Assembly: GCA_016840035.1 (NCBI GenBank)
Contig: JAEOTC010000031.1
Location: 1 to 64,000, forward strand
Direction: 5' to 3'
DNA length: 64,000 bases
From: Candidatus Hodarchaeota archaeon
Lineage (GTDB): Archaea > Asgardarchaeota > Heimdallarchaeia > Hodarchaeales > Hodarchaeaceae
The translations under genes and the position numbers were made by a program. Of this stretch, positions 51,192-61,946 are shown in pieces (position 1 is the stretch's first letter; every line of letters begins with the position of its first letter). The notes under the pieces are model-generated. The model did not search any database and was not told where the DNA came from. It saw only the letters and a program-made list of their open reading frames with translations.

Positions 51192-52031
51192 ATGGGGATT
51201 ACACCTGTGGTTAAGGAAAAAAGATATTTTTTTATGTGTCCTCCTTTTGAGATCGTAGGACGGAAAAAGCAATTAGTTGTGGGTCGACGTGGCCAATTTG
51301 AGATTTCACAGAATTTAGTCCAATACAAACTTGGGAACTCTGTGACGAACTTCCTAATCTTACATCCTTCAGAAGGACTTGGCGAATTTACCGAACTCCC
51401 ACCTGATTCTAATTTTGATAGTTATCACCTTTTCAGACAAATCTGTCAAGGAAGATCAGAAATTAACCTTCTACCTAGTAGTTCAAATCAGGAACAAACC
51501 AAAACCGCCCTTGATTTCATTTATGGAAATACACTTCCATTTACAGATAACGAAATGGGACCAGGATTTTACAATCTACATTCAATTCCTCCAAATGTAT
51601 ATGAAGAATTTTATAGGTTAGCAGAGCAACAAGAAGACTCAATTACCACGACAGTGGCAACCTTCAATAAAAATGTGTTCATTCCATTTAAACAAAAAGT
51701 TATTGGGACTTATCACACAGATGGAGAGGCGGATGAAGAGAAATCAAAGTCTGCACTTGATGTAATTAATAGAGATTTCCCAGGATTTCTGAATCTACAT
51801 CAAGACCTTCAAACTATTTTATTCAATCAAGCCGATCTTATATCTGAATATCGAAATATATCTTTCAGCATAATTAGTCCACTACTTAGAAAATTTCGTA
51901 TGTTAAGCTTATTGCAAGCCGCTTTAATAACCGAAAAGAAGAAAAAGGGATTAGAAATGAGGTTTAAACCTAGAACCTACACTGTAAAAGAAGTTGTGGA
52001 TTCTATATCCCCTTCGATTGTACCTAGATAG
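51192..52031 (+). CDS. Hypothetical protein
   Basis: 279-aa ORF, no recognised motif. Confidence 0.6.
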   Translation: MGITPVVKEKRYFFMCPPFEIVGRKKQLVVGRRGQFEISQNLVQYKLGNSVTNFLILHPSEGLGEFTELPPDSNFDSYHLFRQICQGRSEINLLPSSSNQEQTKTALDFIYGNTLPFTDNEMGPGFYNLHSIPPNVYEEFYRLAEQQEDSITTTVATFNKNVFIPFKQKVIGTYHTDGEADEEKSKSALDVINRDFPGFLNLHQDLQTILFNQADLISEYRNISFSIISPLLRKFRMLSLLQAALITEKKKKGLEMRFKPRTYTVKEVVDSISPSIVPR

Positions 52032-52045
52032 AAGTTTGGTAACCT

Positions 52046-52720
52046 TTAAGACTCAAAAAGATAGACCTTTAGAATCTCGAAAAGTTTGTTGATTTCGCTA
52101 TAAGGGCTATAGAGTGCAGAAATGTAAGAAATACCAAATTTTGATCTAGGAAATGTTTCTTTAAAGATATCCATTATTGAAGCAAATTGGGAAAGAAACT
52201 CTACGGCTTGATCTTTGATTTCTGGTGAAATGTGAAAATCTTTTGCGCTATAAGACGTTGAAACACAGGTGTCACATTTATTGACTACAAAATGAAAAAT
52301 GTACTTCTTCGTCTTAGCCTTCTCATCAGCTCGTTCAGGATTCAGATCTAGTGAGTCTAAAAAATAGTTATAGGCATCTTCCATTGCTATGCGTGTGATT
52401 TCAATTGACTGTTGGGGATCAAGAAGGAAAAGCATTCCATCGGTATTAAATGCTCTTAAAACCTCTCTCCATTGTCTTCTGTATTTTATTTCCCCTGGAT
52501 TATCAATAGCAAGAATTTGATATTTTCGATAGGCTTCAGGATGATACCAAGGATATGAATCTGAACTTTGAAGTCTAATTTTCTTTTGTTCGATATTTAT
52601 TTGATAGCTTTTCTTGCTTTTTATTGTTCTGACATCAGTTCCCTTCATCCGGTCAATTAACGTTGTTTTACCGACACCAGTATTTCCAAGAATTGAAATT
52701 CGGATTTTTCTATCAAACAC
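52046..52720 (-). CDS. Divergent small GTPase (Ras superfamily, Arf/Roc-like)
   Basis: GNTGVGKTT, DNPGE, VNKCD, ISAL; insertions before G3 and after G4. Confidence 0.8.
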   Translation of the reverse strand: MFDRKIRISILGNTGVGKTTLIDRMKGTDVRTIKSKKSYQINIEQKKIRLQSSDSYPWYHPEAYRKYQILAIDNPGEIKYRRQWREVLRAFNTDGMLFLLDPQQSIEITRIAMEDAYNYFLDSLDLNPERADEKAKTKKYIFHFVVNKCDTCVSTSYSAKDFHISPEIKDQAVEFLSQFASIMDIFKETFPRSKFGISYISALYSPYSEINKLFEILKVYLFES

Positions 52721-52863
52721 AATGGATCCTCTGAGTTTTTAACATATTAATTTGATTAGTCTCTATTTCTTGAGCTTGACTCCCTCTATAAAAAGCTGAT
52801 TTTATTACCAGCATCAAAATTTATAAGACACTAACCAGAATTTACAGCTTGGAGTGAATCCTA

Positions 52864-54873
52864 CTGTCAAAATTTAACTTAGTTTCGGAGTTCAAGCCAC
52901 GAGGCGATCAAACTCAAGCAATCCAGTTACTAGTTGATGGAATTAAAACGGGGAAAAATTTTCAAACGTTATTAGGTGTAACAGGATCAGGAAAAACTTT
53001 CACAGTAGCTAACGTAATTGAGAAGATAAATCGTCCAACTCTTGTGATTTCTCATAACAAGACCCTTGCGGCCCAACTTTATCAGGAATTCAAGGAATAC
53101 TTTCCAGAAAACGCTGTTGAATATTTTGTTTCCTTTTATGATTATTATCAACCCGAAGCATATCTACCCACTCCTGATCGCTACATAGAAAAAGATTTTG
53201 ACATAAATGAAGAAATAGACAAAATGCGAGCTTCAACAACCAGAAGTTTATTAGAACGGGATGATGTAGTTGTTGTAGCCTCTGTCTCCTGTATCTATGG
53301 CCTTGGCAAACCAGAGCATTACAAAAATATGAGCTTCTTTGTACAGAAAGGCATGGAGATTACAAAAGAAAAGATTTTATCCCATCTGATTGACATTTTA
53401 TATGAACGAAATGAGGTAGCTCTCACTAGAGGGAAAATTAGGTCAAGGGGGGATATAATTGATGTTTGGCCAGTATACGATGACACTGCGGTTCGAATCG
53501 AATTGTTTGGGGATGAGGTTGAACGTATTTCCATAATTCACCCAGTTTCAGGTAAACGCATCTCAGAATTAGACCGTACATATATTTTTCCTGCTAAACA
53601 CTATGTAAGACCAAGGGAAGAGCTACAGGCAGTCCTTGGTGATATTCGAAAGGAATTAAAAGAGCGGTTATCGGAGTTAACTAATCAAAAGAAGTTAGTT
53701 GAAGCTCAACGACTACAACAACGAACTCAGTATGATTTAGAACTAATCGATCAAATCGGGTATGCCCCGGGAATGGAAAATTACTCTAGATATTTTGATG
53801 GCCGAAAACCGGGAGAACCTCCTTCTACATTGTTTAATTTCTTCCCCTCTGATTACCTTCTAATTATTGATGAATCACATATGACAATTCCTCAGGTCGG
53901 AGGAATGCGAGAGGGTGACTACTCAAGAAAGAAGAATCTTATCGATTATGGATTTCGCTTACCTTCAGCATTTGATCATAGACCCCTCGCGTTCTCTGAG
54001 TTTGAAGAAGAAATGGGAAAAACAATATTTCTGAGCGCAACTCCTGGTCCCTATGAAATGCATTTAACTGGAAAAACTAATGTCGTTGAACAAATAATCC
54101 GACCTACTGGCCTCGTAGATCCTGAAATCATTGTTCGTTTGAATTTACCAAATCATATTGATGACCTCGTTAATGAAATTCAAAAAACAACAGAAAAAGG
54201 GGAAAGGACTCTTGTGACGACCTTAACCAAGCGAATGGCAGAGAATCTGGCTGATTATTTTGATGAAATAGGTATTCGGTCACGATATTTGCACTCTGAA
54301 ATTAAAACGTTAGAACGAACCGATATTCTGCGATCACTCAGGCTAGGTGACTTTGATGTCCTTGTAGGTATCAATTTGTTGCGAGAAGGACTTGACCTCC
54401 CTGAGGTATCATTAGTTGCAATTCTCGATGCTGATAAACAAGGTTTTTTGCGAAACGAACGAGCTTTGATTCAAACAATAGGCCGAGCCTCCAGAAACGT
54501 GAATGGAAGAGTAATATTCTATGCAGATGCAATTTCTGATTCTATGGAAGCTGCAATTAGAGAAACAAAGCGCAGACGACGGATCCAACTTCGATTCAAT
54601 GAAAAAGCGGGATTAACACCTAAAACTATCATCAAAGAGGTTCGTTCTCCATTGATTGAATTAGAAACGAGTTTTTCTAATATCAAGAAGGAAAAGATTG
54701 CTAAAGAAGACCTACCTGAATATCTTGATGCATTAAAAGAGGAGATGCAGCTTGCAGCAAAAAATCTCGAATTTGAAAAAGCAGCAGAGATTCGTGATAT
54801 GATACTCGTTATGCAAGATCCTAAAGCAAAAACAATCCCCAAGCTAATAGAAAGGAAGAAAAAGAAAAAATAG
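52864..54873 (+). CDS. uvrB: Excinuclease ABC subunit B, probable CTG start
   Basis: The frame upstream of GTG 53044 reads SKFNLVSEFKPRGDQ...LLGVTGSGKTF; also HNKTLAAQL, YYQPEAY, IDESH, GINLLREGLD, QTIGRA and a C-terminal UVR domain. Confidence 0.95.
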   Translation: MSKFNLVSEFKPRGDQTQAIQLLVDGIKTGKNFQTLLGVTGSGKTFTVANVIEKINRPTLVISHNKTLAAQLYQEFKEYFPENAVEYFVSFYDYYQPEAYLPTPDRYIEKDFDINEEIDKMRASTTRSLLERDDVVVVASVSCIYGLGKPEHYKNMSFFVQKGMEITKEKILSHLIDILYERNEVALTRGKIRSRGDIIDVWPVYDDTAVRIELFGDEVERISIIHPVSGKRISELDRTYIFPAKHYVRPREELQAVLGDIRKELKERLSELTNQKKLVEAQRLQQRTQYDLELIDQIGYAPGMENYSRYFDGRKPGEPPSTLFNFFPSDYLLIIDESHMTIPQVGGMREGDYSRKKNLIDYGFRLPSAFDHRPLAFSEFEEEMGKTIFLSATPGPYEMHLTGKTNVVEQIIRPTGLVDPEIIVRLNLPNHIDDLVNEIQKTTEKGERTLVTTLTKRMAENLADYFDEIGIRSRYLHSEIKTLERTDILRSLRLGDFDVLVGINLLREGLDLPEVSLVAILDADKQGFLRNERALIQTIGRASRNVNGRVIFYADAISDSMEAAIRETKRRRRIQLRFNEKAGLTPKTIIKEVRSPLIELETSFSNIKKEKIAKEDLPEYLDALKEEMQLAAKNLEFEKAAEIRDMILVMQDPKAKTIPKLIERKKKKK

Positions 54874-55060
54874 TTATCTTACATTTCTGAACCAGTGATA
54901 TAAAGTATTATCTCTGTTTGTATTGATATTAAGAAAAAATGTTTCCATTATATTCAGGTAACTGCTCCTAGACTAACTTGATACAATGCAACTTAAGAAT
55001 TAATTTAAATGAAAACCATATGCTATTTCTTAACATTATTAGATGTAGAGATGTTAGGAA

Positions 55061-56470
55061 ATGGAAGAATCAATCGCTACTGATATTACAATAATTGGTG
55101 GTGGCCCTGCTGGCTACGTTGCAGCCATTAGAGCCGCTCAACTTGGTGCAAAAGTTGTCTTAATAGAAAAAGGACATATTGGGGGCACCTGTCTCAATCG
55201 GGGGTGTATCCCTACTAAAGTCTTCGTGGAATCAGCAAAACATTGTAAATCCCTACGAGAAATGGCACGATTTGGGCTAAAATCAGAATATATAGGTGTC
55301 GACTTCCCTAGTATAATAAAACGTAAAACCATGATTGTTAAGAGACTTGTTCGAGGAGTAAGTTATCTACTAAGAAAAAACAATATTCAGGTTTTACATG
55401 GAGAAGGTAGTTTTATCGACGTACATACAATTTCAGTTTCCTCATTAGAGAAAAAATATGTAGTTACAACCAAAAAAACACTCATTGCAACAGGAAGTAA
55501 ACCATTCTTTGTACCTATACCTGGAATTGATGGAGCAAAGGTTTTAACTAGTAAAGAAATGCTTGAAATTGGTAATCTACCACAAAGTTTGATTGTAATT
55601 GGTGGAGGTGTAGTGGGTGGAGAATTCGCATGTGTGTTCAGATGCTTTGAAGAAACAGATGTGACTGTAGTTGAAATGCTCCCACGTTTACTCCCAATGG
55701 AAGATGCGGATTTAGGAGAGGAATTAGAAGCATCTTTTAAGAGAATAGGCATTGGAGTTCATACAAATTCGCGTGTGACTCGGATTTCTGATACTCCCGC
55801 TGGGAATAAACGAGTAACATTTACCGATTCAGAGGGGAAAGAGGTCAACATTGAAGCTGAGTTTGTCCTCGTATCTATAGGGAGAACTCCCTGTTTAGAT
55901 GGACTAAATCTCAGAGCTGCAGGGGTAAAATATGAACGAGGAGTATTTGTCAATAAAAAAATGGAGACCAATATTCCCGATATCTATGCTGCTGGCGATG
56001 TCGTGCAAGGTGTTCCCTCTCCAATGCTTGCATATACTGCATCTCATGAAGGGGAAGTAGCTGTTGAAAATGCACTCGGTCACGAAGTGGAAATGAGTTA
56101 CCACGCTATTCCAAGTACAATTTTTACAAATCCTGAAGTGTCTTCTGTTGGATTATCCGAGGAAAAAGCACGTGAACTTTATGGTGAAATTCTTGTAGGA
56201 AAATTCCCATTCCAAGGTAATGGCCGGGCTATTATTGCAGGCCATAATAGGGGATTTGTGAAAGTAATACTAGATGCAAAGACCACTGAAATAGTGGGAG
56301 TACATATAATCGGACCTTTTGCGACTGAAATAATATCTGAAGGAGCTTTAGCAGTTGCAAATCGAATGAAAGCTGAAGATATTATAAAAGTAGAACACGC
56401 TCATCCTGTGGTTTATGAAGCAATAAAAGAAGCAGTTTTAGTTGCGCTTGGTCGTCCTATTCACGCGTGA
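55061..56470 (+). CDS. lpdA: Dihydrolipoamide dehydrogenase
   Basis: GGGPAGY, GGTCLNRGCIP, IYAAGD, HAHP-x3-E. Confidence 0.92.
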   Translation: MEESIATDITIIGGGPAGYVAAIRAAQLGAKVVLIEKGHIGGTCLNRGCIPTKVFVESAKHCKSLREMARFGLKSEYIGVDFPSIIKRKTMIVKRLVRGVSYLLRKNNIQVLHGEGSFIDVHTISVSSLEKKYVVTTKKTLIATGSKPFFVPIPGIDGAKVLTSKEMLEIGNLPQSLIVIGGGVVGGEFACVFRCFEETDVTVVEMLPRLLPMEDADLGEELEASFKRIGIGVHTNSRVTRISDTPAGNKRVTFTDSEGKEVNIEAEFVLVSIGRTPCLDGLNLRAAGVKYERGVFVNKKMETNIPDIYAAGDVVQGVPSPMLAYTASHEGEVAVENALGHEVEMSYHAIPSTIFTNPEVSSVGLSEEKARELYGEILVGKFPFQGNGRAIIAGHNRGFVKVILDAKTTEIVGVHIIGPFATEIISEGALAVANRMKAEDIIKVEHAHPVVYEAIKEAVLVALGRPIHA

Positions 56471-56725
56471 ATTCAGAAAGGACAATATCCTAATCCGGAT
56501 CTTTGAAACTAGTACATATATACAAAAAATGAACCTCCGATTTGGTGTATTGGTCAAATTTCCCGTCCCAGTTTCCTATACAACCCTAATTTCGATTACT
56601 TCAAACATTAGATATAAAAATTGAATTTATTTCCATTCCCATGTCGTCCTACTAAATTCCTTTTTAGCTAGGAAATATCCTTGATTTTTAAATTAGAAAT
56701 ATATGAGTACAAGCTGGGCCTCACA

Positions 56726-58045
56726 ATGGAAGATCAAACAGTGCAACTTATCGGACTTTTAATCTTCATAGTCACTTATATTCTAATTTCAACCGAAAAA
56801 CTTCATCGACCTATTTCCGCACTACTAGGTGCTAGTGCGCTGTCCATTTTACTTATTGTTTCAGAGTGGAAACCTGAAGGTTATGAGCATTCTGTTGAGT
56901 TTCACGATATCGTATCCAAGGTTGAATGGAATACGATAATATTTATCACAGCAATGATGATTATCACAATTATCTCAAGTAAATCTGGTTTATTTCAATA
57001 TGTCTCGATATTAATTGTTAGGTTTACAAAAGGGAATCCTAGAACCCTCCTCCTCTCTTTGTCACTTTTGACGTTTGTTATAAGCTTTGTTTTTGATGTA
57101 ATCACAACTATGTTGATAATTGCACCCCTAACAGTCGAGATCTATAAAATCTTGGAATTTGATTTCAGGCCTACACTTATCATCGAAGCAATCACAGCAA
57201 ATTTTGCCTCGATTTCATCTCTCGTTGGTAGTATACCAAACATCGTACTTGCTGAAAAAAGCGGTGCTAGCTTCCTCGATTTTGTTTTGATAATGGGTCC
57301 ATTAAGTATTATTCTATTTATTACCGCCATTCCTGTTTACTATCTGTTTGCCCGTAGTTCCTTTGTAGATCCTCCTAAAATCCTAGTGGAGGATATATTT
57401 CTTCTCGATCCAAGCATTTTGGTTGAGGATCGAAGAACATTCTATGTAGTAATAATCGGTCTAATTATCCTTGTATTCGGTTTTATATTCGGAAGCGTGA
57501 TTAACTTAAAAGCTGCAGAAATCGCACTTCTTATTGCCGCTAGTTTATTACTCTTTTCAGGGATGCACCCAAAGGAAGTATTTGAGGATGTTGAATGGAT
57601 CTCAATTTATTTCATCATGGGCCTATTTATTCTTGTAGGATCGATAGATATACTTGGTCTCTTGGATACTTTAGGAGAAATCCTAACTCCATTTCTAGAA
57701 CTTCCCTTGATTGTATCATTACCCTTCATCTCATTCGGTATCGGAATAATCTCTGCAGTTGTAGATAATATCCCGATTTCGGCTGCCCTTGCTCCTGTAT
57801 TTTCCCGACTTGAGGCTGAGGGAATAGTTGGTCCAATCCAATGGTGGGCTTTGGTGATTGCAGTCAATCTTGGTGGGTATATCTTACCAATTGGAAGTCC
57901 TGCTAATATTTTAGCTATCAATCTATCAAATCGAGAGGGATCTCCAATTTCATTCATGTTATTTCTTAAGATTGGTGGTCTTCTAGGCCTAATACACCTG
58001 CTTATCGGAACAATTTGGTTACTTTTATTATCTCCGGTTTTGTAA
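56726..58045 (+). CDS. ArsB/NhaD (SLC13/P-protein-like) ion transporter
   Basis: Polytopic; VGSIPNI, SAVVDNIP, NLGG, IGSPANI. Confidence 0.85.
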   Translation: MEDQTVQLIGLLIFIVTYILISTEKLHRPISALLGASALSILLIVSEWKPEGYEHSVEFHDIVSKVEWNTIIFITAMMIITIISSKSGLFQYVSILIVRFTKGNPRTLLLSLSLLTFVISFVFDVITTMLIIAPLTVEIYKILEFDFRPTLIIEAITANFASISSLVGSIPNIVLAEKSGASFLDFVLIMGPLSIILFITAIPVYYLFARSSFVDPPKILVEDIFLLDPSILVEDRRTFYVVIIGLIILVFGFIFGSVINLKAAEIALLIAASLLLFSGMHPKEVFEDVEWISIYFIMGLFILVGSIDILGLLDTLGEILTPFLELPLIVSLPFISFGIGIISAVVDNIPISAALAPVFSRLEAEGIVGPIQWWALVIAVNLGGYILPIGSPANILAINLSNREGSPISFMLFLKIGGLLGLIHLLIGTIWLLLLSPVL

Positions 58046-58164
58046 GTTTACTTACGGGCATCACTTCTACTTTACTTTTACAAACAGATAATGTAGTCTC
58101 TTCTTCGAATTTTTTAGAACATTAGAGGGCACTCAAAATCTCGATTCTTGCCCGAAGAGGAGAA

Positions 58165-58213
58165 TATATAAAGTCAATAGTAAGTTTCTTACATATTAGT
58201 GTAAGTATGTAAC
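58165..58213 (+). promoter_or_regulatory. TATA box and candidate autoregulatory operator of the ArsR-like gene
   Basis: TATATAAA 58165-58172, then GTAAG-TTT-CTTAC (58180-58192) and another GTAAG at 58201. Confidence 0.45.
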
Positions 58214-58250
58214 TATCATACACAAACAACCTCATCTGGAGGATTCAAAA

Positions 58251-58997
58251 ATGGAAGATGAATTTAAGAAAGAAGAAAATGATGACAGTCCTTCCAAAGG
58301 TGAATTTGGAGAATTTAGTGAAATAAAAAATCTTTTTCGAGATTTAAAAGACGAAATTCGTGAAGAATTCCAAGATATCCGTGATGAACTTGAACAAGTA
58401 AAGGATTCAGAACCAAGATCAAGTAGGAAGGCCCGTCGAAGAGGACGATCGCGAAGTAGATCACGTTCTGACGAAGATTGGAAAGATTGGGGCGAAAATA
58501 TTGGCACTTCCTTGGAACGCTATATTGGAAGTATCTTAGAATCGGTTTGGGACTCTGTGGATCAGTCAGTTGGTTCTTTATTCCATTCTTCATCAGGTTC
58601 TAAAAGACGAGGACGAAAGCAAGAGAGAACAGAGCACTACCCCTCGATTCCAGAAAAGGAGTTAGAAGAATTTTATCAACGAGGGGCCGAATTATTAAGC
58701 GCATTATCTGATCAAAAACGATTACAAATGTTAAAAGAGCTGGAACAGGAACCTTTACGTCAATCTGACTTATCTGAAAAAACAAATATTCGAGGAGGAA
58801 ATTTTAAGCACCATATTACTATCCTAAAAGATGAGGGTTTGGTTCATCAAGAAGGTGTAAGAGAAAGGTACATGCTAACCTTTGCAGGTCGTGAGGCGTT
58901 AAAGTTAGCAGAATTTCTTTATCATAGAGCAAAAAAACCAGTTGGTGTACCAATTCAAATAGATGAAGATGAATCTGACAAATACGAGGAGGAGTAG
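58251..58997 (+). CDS. ArsR-family wHTH regulator with long charged N-terminal extension
   Basis: LSALSDQKRLQMLKEL...SDLSEKT...FKHHITILKDEGLV...YMLTFAG. Confidence 0.8.
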   Translation: MEDEFKKEENDDSPSKGEFGEFSEIKNLFRDLKDEIREEFQDIRDELEQVKDSEPRSSRKARRRGRSRSRSRSDEDWKDWGENIGTSLERYIGSILESVWDSVDQSVGSLFHSSSGSKRRGRKQERTEHYPSIPEKELEEFYQRGAELLSALSDQKRLQMLKELEQEPLRQSDLSEKTNIRGGNFKHHITILKDEGLVHQEGVRERYMLTFAGREALKLAEFLYHRAKKPVGVPIQIDEDESDKYEEE

Positions 58998-59001
58998 TAT
59001 A

Positions 59002-59670
59002 TTGATAGAACTTGGATTAGGTGATCAAGTTTATTCATGGCAAGGAGATCATTCATTCCTCAATGAGAAATACTTCCAAATTAATGTAAATGGAAAATTA
59101 AATCTACTGGAACTAAGAGGAACGAGTAAAATACATGGAGTTGTTCTTGTTGGCAAAATAAGCATTATAGTGGATTCAGTAATATATACACAGTCTCATG
59201 GTGCAATTGGTGAAACTACTGAATTTGTAGGCTCTAGTTTGGCCATCCTTGGGATGAATATCAATTCAATTCAACAATCACTTAAGGAAGAAATCGATCC
59301 AAATCACTCTGAGTCTATAAAAACAGAAGCAGACCAATTAATTACCAAATTACGAGATAGTTTAACCAACAAAGTAACCAATGTACAATTTGAGGAAGAT
59401 TCTGATGGAAGCTATGTTATTTTTGGTAAAAGCGACCTATTCTTAGTTGGATCATCCAATGAGCTTGTGGTGGTACATAAAAAGAAGATTTCAGTACGGA
59501 ATGGAGAAACTTCTCTTGTTCAGGTTGATCCTAAAGAAGGAATTATAATTGCAAATGATGATGAATGTATACAAATCGGTTCAAAGGGTAAGGGTTCCGA
59601 TCTTTCGATCCTAGGAAGTTTAGGAATAAATTTTGCTTCAAAAATATTAGATTCAATCATATGGGATTAA
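59002..59670 (+). CDS. Hypothetical beta-rich protein
   Basis: TTG 59002 follows GAGGAGGAG and the regulator stop; probably co-transcribed. Confidence 0.6.
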   Translation: MIELGLGDQVYSWQGDHSFLNEKYFQINVNGKLNLLELRGTSKIHGVVLVGKISIIVDSVIYTQSHGAIGETTEFVGSSLAILGMNINSIQQSLKEEIDPNHSESIKTEADQLITKLRDSLTNKVTNVQFEEDSDGSYVIFGKSDLFLVGSSNELVVVHKKKISVRNGETSLVQVDPKEGIIIANDDECIQIGSKGKGSDLSILGSLGINFASKILDSIIWD

Positions 59671-59827
59671 TTATCTAATCCAGCTTCATATATTTTCATT
59701 TTCACTCCCCTCTCTCTGTGAAATCTATTTAACCATTCACTAATTCTATTGCTTTGGTAGAAACATTCGTTTTTCTCCTATTTTTTTTGTGAATGAAACC
59801 AAGAACAAAGTTTAATTTACCTATAAA

Positions 59828-61042
59828 ATGCTGACAAATACCTTGTCATACAACCAATTCATGAATCCAGTAGTGTTAGCAACTCCCATATCAGGTATTC
59901 GACTTGTAAATTCATGGGAATCAAAGATATCTTTGAAAAACCAAATATTCCTTAATATAGGTCAACCTGATCTACCTACACCCGATTATATTAAAGAAGC
60001 AGTAGTACAAGCACTTGAAAAAGACAAAACCAGATATACGAATATTTTGGGGGAAAAATATCTACGTGAGGCTATTGTTGAATTCCAGAAAGAATCTCAT
60101 AACCTTAGTTATTCATCAAATGAAGTTTTAGTCACGGCTGGAGGGCAGAGTGCGATTTTTGCAGTCTTGAACTCCATTTTGTCCCCAAAAGACAATATTG
60201 TTATTCCATTCCCTAGTTATCCACCTTACCTCAACGTAGTTAAGTATTGTAGATCGAAAATTATTCCATTAGAGACAAAAGGAGAAGAGGATTTCGATAT
60301 AAATATTGAAAAACTGGAGGTAATCCTCAAATCCAATCCAGTAAAGGTTTTTTTGTTAATCAGTCCAAGTAATCCGACTGGTACCGTCATCCCCTTAAGG
60401 ACTTTAGAAAAGATTGTTGATTTATCCATTAAATACAACTTCTTAATTATCTCTGACGAAATATACAGCGATATAATATTTGATAAACTTCCTTATACTT
60501 CTATAGCTTCCTTTCCAGAAGCTCGGGAAAGAACCATCATAATACAAAGTTTCAGCAAGATGCTATCCATGTGTGGGTTTCGGATTGGTTATATTTTAGC
60601 TCCTACACCAATAATTGACCAAGTTAAGGTAATTCATCATACCATGACTATTTGTGCAAATAATCTTGCTCAATACGCAGCGTATAAAGCGTTAGAAGAT
60701 AAAAAACAGCTAAAAAACTCAATATTACATTTAGTTCACACTTATCAAGATCGTCGCAATTTGTGTATGGGAATTCTCAAAGAATCCGCCTCTTTTTCTG
60801 TTTCCAAACCTCGTGGGGCATTTTACCTCTTTCCCAAGGCCGATAGTATCAATATGATTGAATTTTGCCAATGGTTGAAATATAACTATGGAGTTACTAC
60901 AGTTCCAGGTTCTTATTTTTCATTGGAACAGATTAAAGAACATCACCAGTACTTAAGGATTTGTTACACAGCCGAAAAAGAAAAATTAATGCTAGGTATG
61001 AATAAAATAGTTTCAGCGATTGAAGCATTTAAGAAAAAGTAG
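59828..61042 (+). CDS. Class I/II PLP-dependent aminotransferase (aspartate aminotransferase-like)
   Basis: GQPD, SPSNPTG, SDEIY, SFSKMLSMCGFRIG, GAFYLF. Confidence 0.92.
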   Translation: MLTNTLSYNQFMNPVVLATPISGIRLVNSWESKISLKNQIFLNIGQPDLPTPDYIKEAVVQALEKDKTRYTNILGEKYLREAIVEFQKESHNLSYSSNEVLVTAGGQSAIFAVLNSILSPKDNIVIPFPSYPPYLNVVKYCRSKIIPLETKGEEDFDINIEKLEVILKSNPVKVFLLISPSNPTGTVIPLRTLEKIVDLSIKYNFLIISDEIYSDIIFDKLPYTSIASFPEARERTIIIQSFSKMLSMCGFRIGYILAPTPIIDQVKVIHHTMTICANNLAQYAAYKALEDKKQLKNSILHLVHTYQDRRNLCMGILKESASFSVSKPRGAFYLFPKADSINMIEFCQWLKYNYGVTTVPGSYFSLEQIKEHHQYLRICYTAEKEKLMLGMNKIVSAIEAFKKK

Positions 61043-61368
61043 TTAATTGGGAATAAGAATTGAGTGACAGAAAAACATGTTCTAAATGTCAAGAGCCATT
61101 ATATGCAAGCTATAAGAACAAGTATTATTGCATCAAACATCTAAAAGAATTCCTTTTGGAGGAGAAAACCTCTTCACACCTCCCCAAGAAACAGGAGTCA
61201 ATTTAATCTCTTTAATATTGATCAGAGATTATATTCTCAGCCTCTGAGGGAAAGTTACCCTCACTTAAATTTCGATAATAAGAAAAGTTTCTTAAAAACC
61301 CAAAGATGAGATGTTAAATGAACTCTAAATCAAAGAGTAAGTTCTCCTTCTCAAAGTAAAAGGTATGA

Positions 61369-61935
61369 GTGGTTCTTATCTTGTCCGCACCAAACGATAT
61401 TCTATTTGAAATCCCTCATTATAGTCAATACAAAATTGTTGTCGCTGGCGACGCATTAGTCGGAAAAACACAACTTGTTTCCGTCTTTACTAAACGTGAT
61501 TTTGAACATAAACCCACTGCTGGAGCTGATATCTCTTTTATTAAGCTTACAAGTCCAAGTGAAGGAAAAAGTACTACTACAGCTATTTTTTGGGATCTCT
61601 CTGGACAACCTGCCTTCCACAAAGTTCGCCCGATTTTCTATGAAGGAGCTCATGCTGTAATCTACGTTTTTGACATTACCAGGGAAAGCACGGTACTTTC
61701 TCTTCCCAGTTGGTTTAAAGAAGTAAAAAAAGTACTTCCAGATAGTCCAGCTGTGTTGATTGGTAATAAAGTAGATTTAGAAGGCGATCGACAAGTTAGT
61801 GACGATATTGGACAAAGATTCGCTGATAAGATGCATGCTCAGTACTTCCCTACATCTGCAATCCAGAATAAAGGTGTGGTTGTAGCTTTTGCATCCGCTA
61901 TTAGACGTGCTGTTTCATATCGAGATCTAAGTTAA
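61369..61935 (+). CDS. Rab-like small GTPase
   Basis: GDALVGKT, TAGAD, WDLSGQ, NKVD, TSA. Confidence 0.9.
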   Translation: MVLILSAPNDILFEIPHYSQYKIVVAGDALVGKTQLVSVFTKRDFEHKPTAGADISFIKLTSPSEGKSTTTAIFWDLSGQPAFHKVRPIFYEGAHAVIYVFDITRESTVLSLPSWFKEVKKVLPDSPAVLIGNKVDLEGDRQVSDDIGQRFADKMHAQYFPTSAIQNKGVVVAFASAIRRAVSYRDLS

Positions 61936-61946
61936 TGGTGATAATC

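Noticed and set aside
53044-54873. uvrB as an N-terminally truncated pseudogene
   Set aside because: The missing Walker A region is intact and in frame upstream; a CTG start explains it.
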